IMG/VR virus record: IMGVR_UViG_3300028888_000069
Coordinates: 1-64,000 of that record
Direction: 5' to 3' (one strand)
Origin: a virus
Taxonomy: Duplodnaviria > Caudoviricetes
DNA length: 64,000 bases
Position 1 is the first letter of the stretch. Every line of letters begins with the position of its first letter. Under the pieces are notes generated by a model. That model was not told where the DNA came from, did no database searches, and saw nothing but the letters and a program-made list of their open reading frames with translations. Below, piece by piece: positions 7,230 through 16,963 of this stretch. A program made the position numbers and the translations under genes.

Positions 7230-7673
7230 ATGACACAAGAAGAAAGACAAAAAGAAAAGGAACTATTATTAAATGTACTTAATGATGGATTACCTTACGG
7301 ACTACAATTAAAAATTACAGATATCGATGATTTCACCTTTAACGGAGAGTTACGTGTATTATCTAAGAATTGGTGTAGGGTAAATATCGCTGACCCAGTT
7401 AAAAGAGCAAAAGTGAAAAATTTAACGATACCATTAAACTATATTTATATTAAACCATACCTCCGCCCACTGTCAAGTATGACAGAGGAAGAAATTGCAG
7501 AGCTTAAATGGTTAAATGAAAAATGTGATGCTATGCCAACCTTTGAGTATGTGCCTGTTGAAAATTACAGAATATATGATTGGATGAATAGACATCATTT
7601 AGACTATCGTGGTTTGATTGAAAAAGGACTTGCGATTAAGGTAACAGTAGAAAACAGTCCATATAAAAATTAA
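7230..7673 (+). CDS. Array protein, MTQEE...KPYLRPLSSMTEEE...DYRGLI family
   Basis: Paralog of 11022. Confidence 0.8.
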   Translation: MTQEERQKEKELLLNVLNDGLPYGLQLKITDIDDFTFNGELRVLSKNWCRVNIADPVKRAKVKNLTIPLNYIYIKPYLRPLSSMTEEEIAELKWLNEKCDAMPTFEYVPVENYRIYDWMNRHHLDYRGLIEKGLAIKVTVENSPYKN

Positions 7674-7677
7674 AATC

Positions 7678-8022
7678 ATGAATAAGACTTGTACAAATAT
7701 TAAACAGAGTAAGAAGTTGACAGAGATACTGCCACTTTCAAGTGCTGATATGTTTTGGTACAGAGATGCGGTAACAACAGAGGCGAATCCCCGAATAATG
7801 AATTATATGCAAATACCAGAACTACAAAGTATGTACTATTCTCCTTGTTGGAGTCTTGCAGCATTGCTCAGAGAATTGCCTGATACAATGCTTGGCAAAG
7901 ATAAAGATGGGTATGTTGTGATGGTGGAAACAATGGGGAGCGGGCTAACAACATTTGCATCGAACCCTATAGATGCTTGTTATGAGATGATTGTTAAATT
8001 ACATGAACAAAAAAATGAATAA
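7678..8022 (+). CDS. Array protein, EQSKKL/PCWSL/DACYEM family
   Basis: Paralog of 11793, 12953 and 16960. Confidence 0.8.
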   Translation: MNKTCTNIKQSKKLTEILPLSSADMFWYRDAVTTEANPRIMNYMQIPELQSMYYSPCWSLAALLRELPDTMLGKDKDGYVVMVETMGSGLTTFASNPIDACYEMIVKLHEQKNE

Positions 8023-8024
8023 TT

Positions 8025-8279
8025 ATGGAAAGAAATTTATTTTTAGATGTACGTTATGATGAAAATTGCCCGCATTGCAATAAAGATGTCTTTAAGCATA
8101 TATGGAAAGCCGATAATATTCTATCTATTTCCGATATATTTGAAGAATTTGATGTAGATGGTTTCGCCACTTGTAGATATGCATTTTATAAATGTCCTTA
8201 TTGCAATCGAGATTTTTTTATAAAAGTGCGAAATACAGATACTATTGTAAAAGAGTATAAACGATTGAAAACTGATTAA
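8025..8279 (+). CDS. Zn-ribbon protein
   Basis: CPHC...CPYC. Confidence 0.7.
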   Translation: MERNLFLDVRYDENCPHCNKDVFKHIWKADNILSISDIFEEFDVDGFATCRYAFYKCPYCNRDFFIKVRNTDTIVKEYKRLKTD

Positions 8280-8313
8280 ATTATTGTCAAACTTAAAATA
8301 ATAAATAATAATT

Positions 8314-8388
8314 ATGACACAGGAAGAAAAAGAACTATTGTTCAAAGACCTATGTGGAAGAACTAAAAAAGTTAGAAAAGTAAATTGA
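8314..8388 (+). pseudogene. Truncated MTQEEKELL-family remnant
   Basis: MTQEEKELLFKDLCGR then abrupt end after 24 aa. Confidence 0.6.
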
Positions 8389-8516
8389 ATAATATTGAAT
8401 TTCTTACATTTTTCTATAATGAAATTTTAAAATATTTTGTTTCAAGTTTTTCAATAAAAAATTGAAATATTTCATAATATTTCTATATTATATTTGTAAT
8501 TAAAAAATAAACAAAT

Positions 8517-8723
8517 ATGAATTGTGTAGTAATTATTGATGAACGAACAAGTCTGCCTACTTGTATTATAAAAGGTAGAAAATCACTCTCTGATGAGACA
8601 TTAAAAAATTGTGCAAAGCAATGGATGAATGAACATGATAATTGTTATTGGTCTAATTATCGTTATTTAATAATGAATGTGGATGATGCACCAAAATTAA
8701 AAAATGTGTATATAATTAAATAA
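8517..8723 (+). CDS. Hypothetical protein
   Basis: 68-aa ORF after an AT-rich intergenic region containing TATATTTG. Confidence 0.6.
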   Translation: MNCVVIIDERTSLPTCIIKGRKSLSDETLKNCAKQWMNEHDNCYWSNYRYLIMNVDDAPKLKNVYIIK

Positions 8724-8757
8724 TATGGTGATTTCAAATATTATTTGTAACTTTGCA
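8724..8757 (+). promoter_or_regulatory. Host-type Bacteroidota promoter
   Basis: TATG-N20-TAACTTTGCA, matching the TTTG-N19-21-TAnnTTTG consensus with one mismatch. Confidence 0.6.
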
Positions 8758-8786
8758 TTGTCAAATTAAAAAAACAGATTTATATT

Positions 8787-9155
8787 ATGAATAAAATTTG
8801 TACATCAAAAGAACAATCTAAGAAACTCATAGAGTTAGGTATAGAACAGCCTAAGAAACTCATAGAGTTAGGGATTGATGACAATACTATGGATTTAAAA
8901 TATGACATAGCAGATTGTGCAGCCTATATATGGCAATTGGAGAATGATATTATATGTACAGACAACAAGTCACTTAAGCCATTCTGTGCTGATATGGCAA
9001 TGAAGAGAATCTTTCTGTATGACCTTTGTCCGTTTGGGTTCGGTAAAGATTATAGAGAACGCACATTACAAGAACTTGAAGAACATATCAACAACGGAAG
9101 ATGTACAGAGTTTTCCAAAGTAAATTATGAAAAACTGAAAAAGAAGAAATTATGA
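8787..9155 (+). CDS. Chimeric array protein with duplicated EQxKKLIELGI
   Basis: 33-bp-period tandem duplication at 8811-8873. Confidence 0.65.
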   Translation: MNKICTSKEQSKKLIELGIEQPKKLIELGIDDNTMDLKYDIADCAAYIWQLENDIICTDNKSLKPFCADMAMKRIFLYDLCPFGFGKDYRERTLQELEEHINNGRCTEFSKVNYEKLKKKKL

Positions 9156-9504
9156 CTTATTCAAGGAACTTGATGATAAAAGATATGGTGGCTTCACAAC
9201 TGCACTTGACAAAGGAGGTTATCTTACACTGATAAAAGAAGGATACAAGGACTTTTCAATCTTCATACATGAGTTATTTCATGTAGCCAATCTCATCTTG
9301 TTTGATAGGGAGGTAGAGTATAGCAGAACTTTTGAACCACTTGCTTATTTATTGGGGTGGATAGCACAGCAGTATGCTGATTATGTTCTTTGGAAGCCAA
9401 ATAAAGACCAATTGATAGCATTACAAGCAGCAAATAGTGGATGCAGTTATGATACTTCTATACTTACATCGTTATTGGATGACCTTAAAGCTATAACCAT
9501 ATGA
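9139..9504 (+). pseudogene. Startless or frameshifted zincin-like (HELFH...E) coding segment
   Basis: The frame of ORF 9298 is open from 9139: DLFKELDDKRYGGFTT...IFIHELFHVANLIL...FEPLAYLLGW, with no ATG upstream of the motif. Confidence 0.55.
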
Positions 9505-9770
9505 TATTTTATCACGGAACAACAAAAACTAATTGGTATAAAATACAAAAGGAGGGCATGCTGTTTGGAAGAGATAGGTATATGCCAGAAAGAAGACTAA
9601 CATACTTAGCTATTGATTATAAAGAGGCTTTTTGTTATGGTGATATAGTATTGCAAGTAGAATATGACCCAACTACTCATCCTAATATGAACAACTATGT
9701 AGATGGTTGTTGGCAATTTAGGGTGTATGAACCAATACCAATCGAAAACATAAAAATAATGGAGGAATGA
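9501..9770 (+). CDS. Small ADP-ribosyltransferase/KptA-fold-like protein
   Basis: FYHGTT..W.KIQKEG, TYLA.....A..YG..VLQV and ..IPIENIK motifs. Confidence 0.6.
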   Translation: MIFYHGTTKTNWYKIQKEGMLFGRDRYMPERRLTYLAIDYKEAFCYGDIVLQVEYDPTTHPNMNNYVDGCWQFRVYEPIPIENIKIMEE

Positions 9771-9773
9771 ATT

Positions 9774-10283
9774 ATGAAAGATTACGAAAAACTTTACAAA
9801 GAAGCTCTTGATAGAGCAAGAGCCTTAAATGAAGGCAGAACCACTGGTGCATTTGGTGAAACAGTATGTGAATTTATTTTCCCTGAACTCAAAAAATCAG
9901 AAGATGAAAAGATAAAAAATGAAATTAAAGCGGTTCTTGCAAATACTGATTTATCACAATTTGTATTAAATTATACTTTTCATGATATGGTTGAATGGCT
10001 TAATAAGCAAGGAGAATACGCTAATTTTAGAAATAAAATACAAATAGACGATGAAGTTACAAGAAATAAAGACGGTGCTCTTGTTAATTTGTCTCAACTG
10101 AAAAGAACTGCCAAGAAAGATGAGCAGAAGCCCACTTGGAACGAGGAAGATGAAAGAAATCTTGATGGGATAATAGCTGAGATTAAGGCAAATAAAAATA
10201 ATGCCCCAGATTATGATCTTGCGACTTATGATAGCTTTCTTTCTTGGCTCAAATCTCTCAAAAACAAAGTAATGGAGAAATAA
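9774..10283 (+). CDS. Array protein, YE..YK.AL.RA/FPELK family
   Basis: Paralog of 12194, 13342, 15708 and 17932. Confidence 0.8.
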   Translation: MKDYEKLYKEALDRARALNEGRTTGAFGETVCEFIFPELKKSEDEKIKNEIKAVLANTDLSQFVLNYTFHDMVEWLNKQGEYANFRNKIQIDDEVTRNKDGALVNLSQLKRTAKKDEQKPTWNEEDERNLDGIIAEIKANKNNAPDYDLATYDSFLSWLKSLKNKVMEK

Positions 10284-10434
10284 TTATGGAATTATACATT
10301 TGGTTTTTACATATATTATTAGCAGCCATTTCAGTTATAGCAGCATTGCATGGGAAGTATGATGATGCAACCTATTTGCTGGTGTTGTCCGTATGGATAC
10401 ATCAATATCTTAAAGATAATTAAAGGGATAAGTT

Positions 10435-10818
10435 ATGATTGAAGAAAGATACTGCTCTCGTGAGTTAAGCAAACTATTAAAAGAAAAAGGTTTTGATGAA
10501 CCTTGTCTATGTGCTTGGCTGCTGGGTGATGATATGACTTATAGATTTCAAAGTTCTATTTATCATAATTGTTTAGAAGATAATGAATATCTTTGTCCTA
10601 CTCATCAAATGGCTTGTGACTGGTTAAGGGATAAAGGCTATCATATTGAGATATTTACCAATGCAAGTGGCTATAGGTTTATCATAAGTAAGATACCGCC
10701 CAATGGCACAGACTTGGTATGTGATGATATTGAAGGCAATAATGATGGCGGTGCTTGGGATAATTATGGTGAATGTATAGAAGATGCTATTAAGTATTGT
10801 TTAATGAAAATAATTTGA
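10435..10818 (+). CDS. Phage hypothetical protein (ELSKLLKEKGFDEPC...PTHQMA..WLR)
   Basis: 127-aa ORF. Confidence 0.8.
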   Translation: MIEERYCSRELSKLLKEKGFDEPCLCAWLLGDDMTYRFQSSIYHNCLEDNEYLCPTHQMACDWLRDKGYHIEIFTNASGYRFIISKIPPNGTDLVCDDIEGNNDGGAWDNYGECIEDAIKYCLMKII

Positions 10819-10820
10819 TT

Positions 10821-11018
10821 ATGAATACTGAATACGAAAACATTATCAAACAAGTAGTTAGTGCTACTTTTTGTAATAGACTTACTGAAGAAGAAGCTTG
10901 TGAAATACTTTGTAGTCTGTATAGAATTGCATCTTCGCAGAATGTATGTATATATCCAAATACTCCTCAACTTCTCCAACAATATTATACTAATACATTT
11001 AAACATAAAAATGATTGA
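10821..11018 (+). CDS. Hypothetical protein
   Basis: Start moved to attATG 10821. Confidence 0.55.
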   Translation: MNTEYENIIKQVVSATFCNRLTEEEACEILCSLYRIASSQNVCIYPNTPQLLQQYYTNTFKHKND

Positions 11019-11021
11019 ATT

Positions 11022-11561
11022 ATGACACCAGAAGAGAAAGAATTATTGAAAGATCTCAGTGCAAGGCAAATTTATAGGGTAAAAATACTATGTGAAGGAT
11101 GGGATAGTGACCATGGCTGTGAATTTAATACTGTTGAAGAACTTGTTGGAATAGATGATAGATTTATCTACACTTTATGGAGAGGTGAAAGAGATAAGCA
11201 TAGTATTCAAGAACCTTGTAGTATTATAGATTATAAACCTTATCTCCGTTCAATGTCTTCAATGACAGAAGAAGAAATTGATGAATTTACACAATTTGAT
11301 GTATATGCTGATGGTGAATATGTAATACCTAATTATAAGGCAATTGATTGGCTTAACAAGAATATGTTTGATTATCGAGGACTTATTCCTAAAGGTCTTG
11401 CAATTGAAGTTAATGAGAGTAATAATCCTTATAAAATTAAAGTTATGAAAGGTTACACAGATATAGAACAATCTAAAAAGTTGGCAAGGCCTGTTTATAC
11501 TTGTGATATTTGTCCACATAAAGGCAATCTTATGTGTTGTCATAATTGCCCTAATTACTAA
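11022..11561 (+). CDS. Fused array protein (MTPEEKELL module + EQSKKL start + Cys-rich tail)
   Basis: PYKIKVMKGYTDIEQSKKLA junction lacks the stop seen at the equivalent position of 7230. Confidence 0.75.
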   Translation: MTPEEKELLKDLSARQIYRVKILCEGWDSDHGCEFNTVEELVGIDDRFIYTLWRGERDKHSIQEPCSIIDYKPYLRSMSSMTEEEIDEFTQFDVYADGEYVIPNYKAIDWLNKNMFDYRGLIPKGLAIEVNESNNPYKIKVMKGYTDIEQSKKLARPVYTCDICPHKGNLMCCHNCPNY

Positions 11562-11574
11562 AAACATTAAAATT

Positions 11575-11796
11575 ATGAGGCAAAAAGATAAAAAATCAAA
11601 ACATTTATTCAAAATATCATGGTGTTTTCATAACTATATTCCTGAGAAAAAGATATATAAGAATTATACAATAAGCAATGATGACTTTGGATAAATTATG
11701 ACAAGTCAATTTACTATATTTAAATGTACTAAATGTGGAAAAATTAAGAAAAAATTAACAAAGGTATTTAAAAGTTCAGAAAAGAATTTGTTATGA
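11575..11796 (+). pseudogene. Small Zn-binding protein split by an in-frame TAA
   Basis: WCFHNY...DDFG*IMTSQFTIFKCTKCGK in the same frame across TAA 11692-11694. Confidence 0.5.
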
Positions 11797-12191
11797 ATAA
11801 GATTTGTACAAATGTAGAACAATCCAAGAAACTAATGGAACTTGGATTAAATACATATACCGCGGATATGTGTTGGCTTCGTTATAAGGTTAATGATAAA
11901 TGGAAAGAAGAATGCACAGTGATTGACGGAACTCTTGATGAAGATGATGTATATGCATGGAGTCTTTCCGCTTTGCTTGAGTTAATGCCCCCGTATTTAT
12001 TTAAATTTGAAAGAGGAATTGATTTAAATATTTATCCTGACCTTAATGGTAAAGGATGGCATTGTAGTTATATGGCAAATTGTATTGAGAATATGAAAAC
12101 AGATAAGTTTAAATTGGTAACAAGTGGAGATAGTCTTGTTGATGCTTGCTATGAAATGATTATTAAACTAAAAAAAGTAAACTTATTATAA
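11793..12191 (+). CDS. Array protein, EQSKKL family
   Basis: MNKICTNVEQSKKL...WSLSALL...DACYEMIIKL. Confidence 0.8.
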   Translation: MNKICTNVEQSKKLMELGLNTYTADMCWLRYKVNDKWKEECTVIDGTLDEDDVYAWSLSALLELMPPYLFKFERGIDLNIYPDLNGKGWHCSYMANCIENMKTDKFKLVTSGDSLVDACYEMIIKLKKVNLL

Positions 12192-12193
12192 TT

Positions 12194-12949
12194 ATGGACT
12201 ACGAACAACTTTACAAAGATGCTCTTAAAAGAGCAAGAAAATATAAAGAGAAGGGATATATGATGATTAATGCTGTTCTTGATAATATATTTCCAGAACT
12301 CAAAGAACCAGAGGATGAATTAACGTGGTTAACAAAGTATATTGAAGAAGAAGCGTATAACCTTTCTATTGATATTCGTGATGATGAAGACCGTATAAAA
12401 CTCAAGAAATTGCAAAAGGCATTTGTTTGGCTTGAAAAACAAGCATCAAAAACAAAGTGGAGTGAGGAAGATGATTATAATGTTCAATGTTATATTGCCA
12501 AGGCTGAAAGAGATATTGCAAATGGTTGTCATGGAAGAAACAAAGAACTAATTGAATGGCTCAAATCCCTCAAAGACAGAGTACAACTACAGTCACATCC
12601 TACTGAATGGAATGAAGATGATGAGAGGATAAGGAAAGGACTTATTGAAAATTTTAAATGGTTTTGTGGCGATTTTTATGAAACAACTAAATGGGGTAAA
12701 GATGATGATATGCTTGTTAGAGATATAATCACTTGGCTTGAAAAGCAAGGTAAACGTATTGCTGATTGTCCTCAAAATCATCAAGACAGTAGTAGACCAA
12801 ATGGAGCCATTGTGTTAGAAGATTTTAATGGTGGAGAAGGTCATTATAAAGTTCACCTTGATTATCTTAATAAGGAGCAAGTAGAAGAAATTGAGAATAT
12901 TGTTGATGGATGGAATAAGATTGAACCAAGGTTCAAGGTTGGTGATTGA
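12194..12949 (+). CDS. Array protein, multi-module FPELK family
   Basis: Contains FPELKEPED, WLEKQ x2, WSEED, WLKSLK; ends EPRFKVGD-TGA. Confidence 0.8.
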   Translation: MDYEQLYKDALKRARKYKEKGYMMINAVLDNIFPELKEPEDELTWLTKYIEEEAYNLSIDIRDDEDRIKLKKLQKAFVWLEKQASKTKWSEEDDYNVQCYIAKAERDIANGCHGRNKELIEWLKSLKDRVQLQSHPTEWNEDDERIRKGLIENFKWFCGDFYETTKWGKDDDMLVRDIITWLEKQGKRIADCPQNHQDSSRPNGAIVLEDFNGGEGHYKVHLDYLNKEQVEEIENIVDGWNKIEPRFKVGD

Positions 12950-12952
12950 ATT

Positions 12953-13339
12953 ATGAAAAGTTATACAGATATAGAACAATCCCAAAAGTTGGCAGAGATA
13001 CTGCCAATTGAAAGTGCTGATATGTATTATTATAATAGAACTGATATTAAGTATCAAGGTGCTTTACCTATTGAATATAAGCATGGAAATCCTTTGCTGT
13101 CACAAGAAATTCCTTGTTGGAGTCTTGCGGTATTGCTTGATATATTACCAAATAATGACCACATTAGTACAACTATATCAAGAGGTGGATGGACAATAGG
13201 GCCTACAAAATATGTTAATACATGGTGGTGCGAATATGAGGATGAAGAAAATGATAAAGTAATTACAACATCAGCAGACAATCCAATTGATGCTTGCTAT
13301 GAAATGATTGTTAAACTTAAAGAACTAAAACTATTGTAA
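12953..13339 (+). CDS. Array protein, EQSKKL family
   Basis: MKSYTDIEQSQKLAEILPIESADM...PCWSL...DACYEMIVKL. Confidence 0.8.
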   Translation: MKSYTDIEQSQKLAEILPIESADMYYYNRTDIKYQGALPIEYKHGNPLLSQEIPCWSLAVLLDILPNNDHISTTISRGGWTIGPTKYVNTWWCEYEDEENDKVITTSADNPIDACYEMIVKLKELKLL

Positions 13340-13341
13340 TT

Positions 13342-13722
13342 ATGGACTACGAAGAACAATATAGAGAAGCTCTTGATAGAGCAAAGAGATTGTATGAGAA
13401 AGGTACAATCACTGAAAGTATTGGTTATATCTTTCCAGAACTTAAAGAATCGGAAGATGAGAAATTCAGGAACAACTGTATTCATTTTCTTGAATTACAG
13501 AAATCACATCATGCAAGTACGATTGAAATTGACAAGTGTATTAATTGGCTTGAAACTCTTAATGAAAATCGATTTGTATATGTTGTTACCCGTTGTGAGG
13601 AACATTCCGATTATGTGGAAGCGGTTTTTCTTAATAAAGAAAAGGCCGAGGCTTATTGTGAGCAATTTAATAAAAATGAAGAATGTTATCGTCGCCATAT
13701 AACTAAAGCAAAAATTGATTAA
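13342..13722 (+). CDS. Array protein, FPELK family
   Basis: MDYEEQYREALDRA...IFPELKESEDE. Confidence 0.8.
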   Translation: MDYEEQYREALDRAKRLYEKGTITESIGYIFPELKESEDEKFRNNCIHFLELQKSHHASTIEIDKCINWLETLNENRFVYVVTRCEEHSDYVEAVFLNKEKAEAYCEQFNKNEECYRRHITKAKID

Positions 13723-13739
13723 CAAAAATTATTGTAATT

Positions 13740-14003
13740 ATGGAAATAATTGGAATTATATTACTTATTGCAATAAATATTATATTGACTTATATTTTCA
13801 AATTTATTACTGGCAGTTGGGCTTCTGCACTTTTTAGTTCAGCAATGATACTAATAGTTGTAATGTTATCAATGGCATCACTTGCAAAAAATAAATATTA
13901 TAAAGAAGGAGTTAAAGAATATCTTCAACATCCTGAAAGATATAGTATTAAAGTTATATATGAAGATAGTATTCCTGTAGATACTATTGTTGAACTTAAA
14001 TAA
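13740..14003 (+). CDS. Two-TM membrane protein
   Basis: Two hydrophobic helices; C-terminal EDSIPVDTI. Confidence 0.7.
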   Translation: MEIIGIILLIAINIILTYIFKFITGSWASALFSSAMILIVVMLSMASLAKNKYYKEGVKEYLQHPERYSIKVIYEDSIPVDTIVELK

Positions 14004-14013
14004 CTAAATAATT

Positions 14014-14505
14014 ATGGAACAAAAACAAGTAAAAATTGTGCCACCTGAAGGCTATGAGGTGGATAAAGAAAATAGCACTTTTGAGTGCATTAAATTTAAG
14101 CCTATTACCTCTAAAAGGTGGAGAGATGGCAATCCTGTTGTAAAAGGATGGTATGCTGCAGGTAATATAGTAAAGTCTTTTAATCTGAGTGGGACAAACC
14201 CATTAAAATGGAAAGATGATAATTTTGATGTGTTTGCCACTGAAAAACAAGCCAAATCATCACTTGCTATGGCTCAAATTAGTCAGATAATGACTAATGA
14301 CGAGAGATTTGGCGGTGCTATTACTGATGAAGAGTGGGATAATACAGACATTATGAAGTATGGAATACAACGAGTAAATAATAGAATAGATTACTCTTAT
14401 TTTAATCAGACTTACTATTTTCTTTCTTTTCATACACAAGAACAAAGAGAGTTGTTTCTTAAAGAAAATGAAGATTTGGTAAAAGCTTATTTAATGCTTG
14501 ATTAA
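14014..14505 (+). CDS. Phage hypothetical protein (PEGYEVDKENSTFECIKFKP)
   Basis: 163-aa ORF. Confidence 0.8.
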   Translation: MEQKQVKIVPPEGYEVDKENSTFECIKFKPITSKRWRDGNPVVKGWYAAGNIVKSFNLSGTNPLKWKDDNFDVFATEKQAKSSLAMAQISQIMTNDERFGGAITDEEWDNTDIMKYGIQRVNNRIDYSYFNQTYYFLSFHTQEQRELFLKENEDLVKAYLMLD

Positions 14506-14507
14506 TT

Positions 14508-14750
14508 ATGACAAAAGAAGATTATATGTATCTGCCTAAAGAAAGATTGGCAGAATTATTAGCAGCAAGGGATGAAATAGAAGAAGGGAACATACGTTTA
14601 ATCCCTACAAGTCAAGTTACACTCCCTTGTTATGCTCCTGATGGTATTTGTACTAATCCTCAAAGGGATTGTATAAATTGTCCAAAGACTTTTTTTGGTA
14701 ATGGGAATACAACTACTACAACAACTATTAATTCATGTACGAAAAATTAA
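14508..14750 (+). CDS. Small Cys-rich protein
   Basis: PCYAPDGICTNPQRDCINCP. Confidence 0.7.
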   Translation: MTKEDYMYLPKERLAELLAARDEIEEGNIRLIPTSQVTLPCYAPDGICTNPQRDCINCPKTFFGNGNTTTTTTINSCTKN

Positions 14751-15040
14751 GAACTAATAAAGATGGCGTTCCAAAGGATTTTCGTAAATCTTTTGAAAAG
14801 GCTCTTGCAGAGGCTTGGAAAGATTATAATAACAGTGGAGCATGGTTGGTTGACGCCTTCGAGGATAATGAAATGGAACTTGCTTTTGCTAAGGGATTTT
14901 TAGAGGGTTGTATTAATACTGAAAAGAAAGTCATTGACAAAGTATGTAAATTTACTAAAGCCAATGTAAGAGAATATCATAAAAGTGGTGTTTTTCATGT
15001 TGGTGAGTTTATAACAGATTTAAAAAGTAAGATATTATGA
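14735..15040 (+). CDS. Array protein, IDKVC family
   Basis: VIDKVCKF..FITDLK. Confidence 0.7.
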   Translation: MYEKLRTNKDGVPKDFRKSFEKALAEAWKDYNNSGAWLVDAFEDNEMELAFAKGFLEGCINTEKKVIDKVCKFTKANVREYHKSGVFHVGEFITDLKSKIL

Positions 15041-15711
15041 GCTATGAACAAAAATATGAACTTATAGAAAGTGATTTACCGAATCTGTATCGCATAAAAG
15101 CATTAAAAAATTTCAATGATGTAAGAAAAGGTAATATAGGCGGTTATGTGGAAAACGAAAACAACCTTGCACAAGAGGGTAATTGTTGGATTTATGATAA
15201 TGCACAAGTTCGTGATGATGCAAGAGTTTATGGCAATGCACAAGTTTATGATAATGCACGAGTTTGTAATAATGCAGAAATTTATGATAATGCAGAAGTT
15301 TATGGCGATGCGTGGGTTTATGAAAAGGCACAAATTTATGGAAACGCATGGGTTTTTGAAAAGGCACAAGTTTGTACTAATGCACGAATCTATGATAATG
15401 CATTAGTTCATGGTAATACAATAGTTTTAGGCAGTGCACGAGTTTATGGCGAGGTAGAAATTTTTGGTAACGCATGGATTTGTAATGATGCAGAAGTTAA
15501 AACTGACGAAGATTATATTGTTTTCAAAAATTGGTGGAGTAGTGGCAGGTATTTTACATGGACAAGAAGTAATGATAAATGGATAGTTGGATGTTTCTTT
15601 GGAAGTGGTCAAGAATTAATCAAAAAAGCTTATGCCGATTCTGAAAAAAGTGGCCGAGAATATGAGAGAATAGTTAGATATGTTGAAGAGATTAAAAATA
15701 GTGAATTATGA
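15037..15711 (+). CDS. Hexapeptide-repeat (left-handed beta-helix-like) protein
   Basis: LYRIKALKNF.DV.KG.IGGYVE.E.NL followed by about 17 imperfect xxYxNA hexapeptides (18-bp period). Confidence 0.9.
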   Translation: MSYEQKYELIESDLPNLYRIKALKNFNDVRKGNIGGYVENENNLAQEGNCWIYDNAQVRDDARVYGNAQVYDNARVCNNAEIYDNAEVYGDAWVYEKAQIYGNAWVFEKAQVCTNARIYDNALVHGNTIVLGSARVYGEVEIFGNAWICNDAEVKTDEDYIVFKNWWSSGRYFTWTRSNDKWIVGCFFGSGQELIKKAYADSEKSGREYERIVRYVEEIKNSEL

Positions 15712-16586
15712 ATTACGAAGAAAAATACAAAACGGCTCTTGAAAGAGCAAAGAAAGAATTGCTATCATGTGGTTCTACTGATTGTGATGCAGCAAAACAA
15801 ATCTATAGATTTTTCCCAGAATTAAAAGAATCAGATGATGGGAGGATAAGGAATCAAATTATTGACTTTATTGAAAAATATGGAAATCCTACTTATTATG
15901 AATGGCAAAAAGATTGGATTGCATGGCTTGAAAAGCAAGTTATATCACAAGAGAGAACTGGTATTGAATGGCTAAATGCAATAGATGATGCTTGCGATAA
16001 ACGGTATTCAGAAGAATATGCCGAAGGTGAATACTGTCATGAACAATCCTTCAAATGGGGATTTCAAGAGGGTGTAGAATGGCTTGAAAGACAAGGTGAA
16101 CAAAAGCCTAAATTTAGAATTGGTGATGTAATCAAGGAAAAAAGTACAGGTGATATTGTTACTATTAGCGAGGTAGACTTAAAGAATAGGGAATATAGGT
16201 TAAGTAATACAGGTTTTATTCCGTTCAAATATGAGTATTTATGGGAATTAGCAGAGCAAAATACTGTTGATAAGCCTGAGCAAAATTTCCATAAAGGTGA
16301 GGGTGAGAGGATAAGGAAAGGTATTATTCGCAACCTTGAATATTTAATGGATAAATCAGAAGGGTTTGTTAAAGATGAACTCAGTGAAAGAATTGCTTGG
16401 CTTGAAAGACAAGGTGAGCAAAAGTCTGCTAAGAACATTGTTGAAACATGGAAAGATATGCGTTTAGAGGTATATCAGCAGGCAAGTGGTAACAGACATG
16501 AGCCTAATTATTCTGATGATACTACAAAAATGTTTTCTCTTAATGATATTGATGAAATAATTGAAAAACTAATAATGAATAAATGA
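15708..16586 (+). CDS. Array protein, multi-module FPELK family
   Basis: WLE(K/R)Q x3, with near-identical DNA at 16080 and 16398. Confidence 0.8.
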   Translation: MNYEEKYKTALERAKKELLSCGSTDCDAAKQIYRFFPELKESDDGRIRNQIIDFIEKYGNPTYYEWQKDWIAWLEKQVISQERTGIEWLNAIDDACDKRYSEEYAEGEYCHEQSFKWGFQEGVEWLERQGEQKPKFRIGDVIKEKSTGDIVTISEVDLKNREYRLSNTGFIPFKYEYLWELAEQNTVDKPEQNFHKGEGERIRKGIIRNLEYLMDKSEGFVKDELSERIAWLERQGEQKSAKNIVETWKDMRLEVYQQASGNRHEPNYSDDTTKMFSLNDIDEIIEKLIMNK

Positions 16587-16759
16587 AAAAGTTTATTATA
16601 TTAATATTACCATTTATTATTCTATTACTCATCCTCTTATTAATAACTTCTGGAATAGAGGGATTGATAGTATTTTTATCACTCATTGCATTTTTTGCCT
16701 TAGTTGGTTTCCTATTTTCTTGGTGGATTAAATTTGTAGATAAACATATAAAAGATTGA
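16583..16759 (+). CDS. Small two-TM membrane protein (58 aa)
   Basis: MKKFIILILPFIILLLILLLITSGIEGLIVFLSLIAFF...; missed by the ORF track. Confidence 0.6.
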   Translation: MKKFIILILPFIILLLILLLITSGIEGLIVFLSLIAFFALVGFLFSWWIKFVDKHIKD

Positions 16760-16762
16760 ATT

Positions 16763-16963
16763 ATGAAACTGATAGACAAATCTGAAGTAGTTACGAGAAT
16801 AAAAAGATTAAGAGAAAGAGCATTTGACCTATATGGTTATTCTCAATTTGATACGGCATATTATAATGTTCTTAAAATAATTGATTCTCTTGAAATGAAA
16901 GAGATAGACTTGGAGGAAGAATTTGGTAGGAAATATTCACACAAGAAAGGAGGTGAGGGATGA
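16763..16963 (+). CDS. Array protein (MKLIDKSEVV)
   Basis: Related short remnant at 6663-6731. Confidence 0.65.
   Translation: MKLIDKSEVVTRIKRLRERAFDLYGYSQFDTAYYNVLKIIDSLEMKEIDLEEEFGRKYSHKKGGEG

Noticed and set aside
11692-11694. TAA read-through as a second recoding event
   Set aside because: Single case; TAA is the dominant true stop throughout, so a nonsense mutation is more parsimonious
15103-15612. Alternative-frame and antisense ORFs over the hexapeptide gene
   Set aside because: Shadows of the 18-bp periodic repeat
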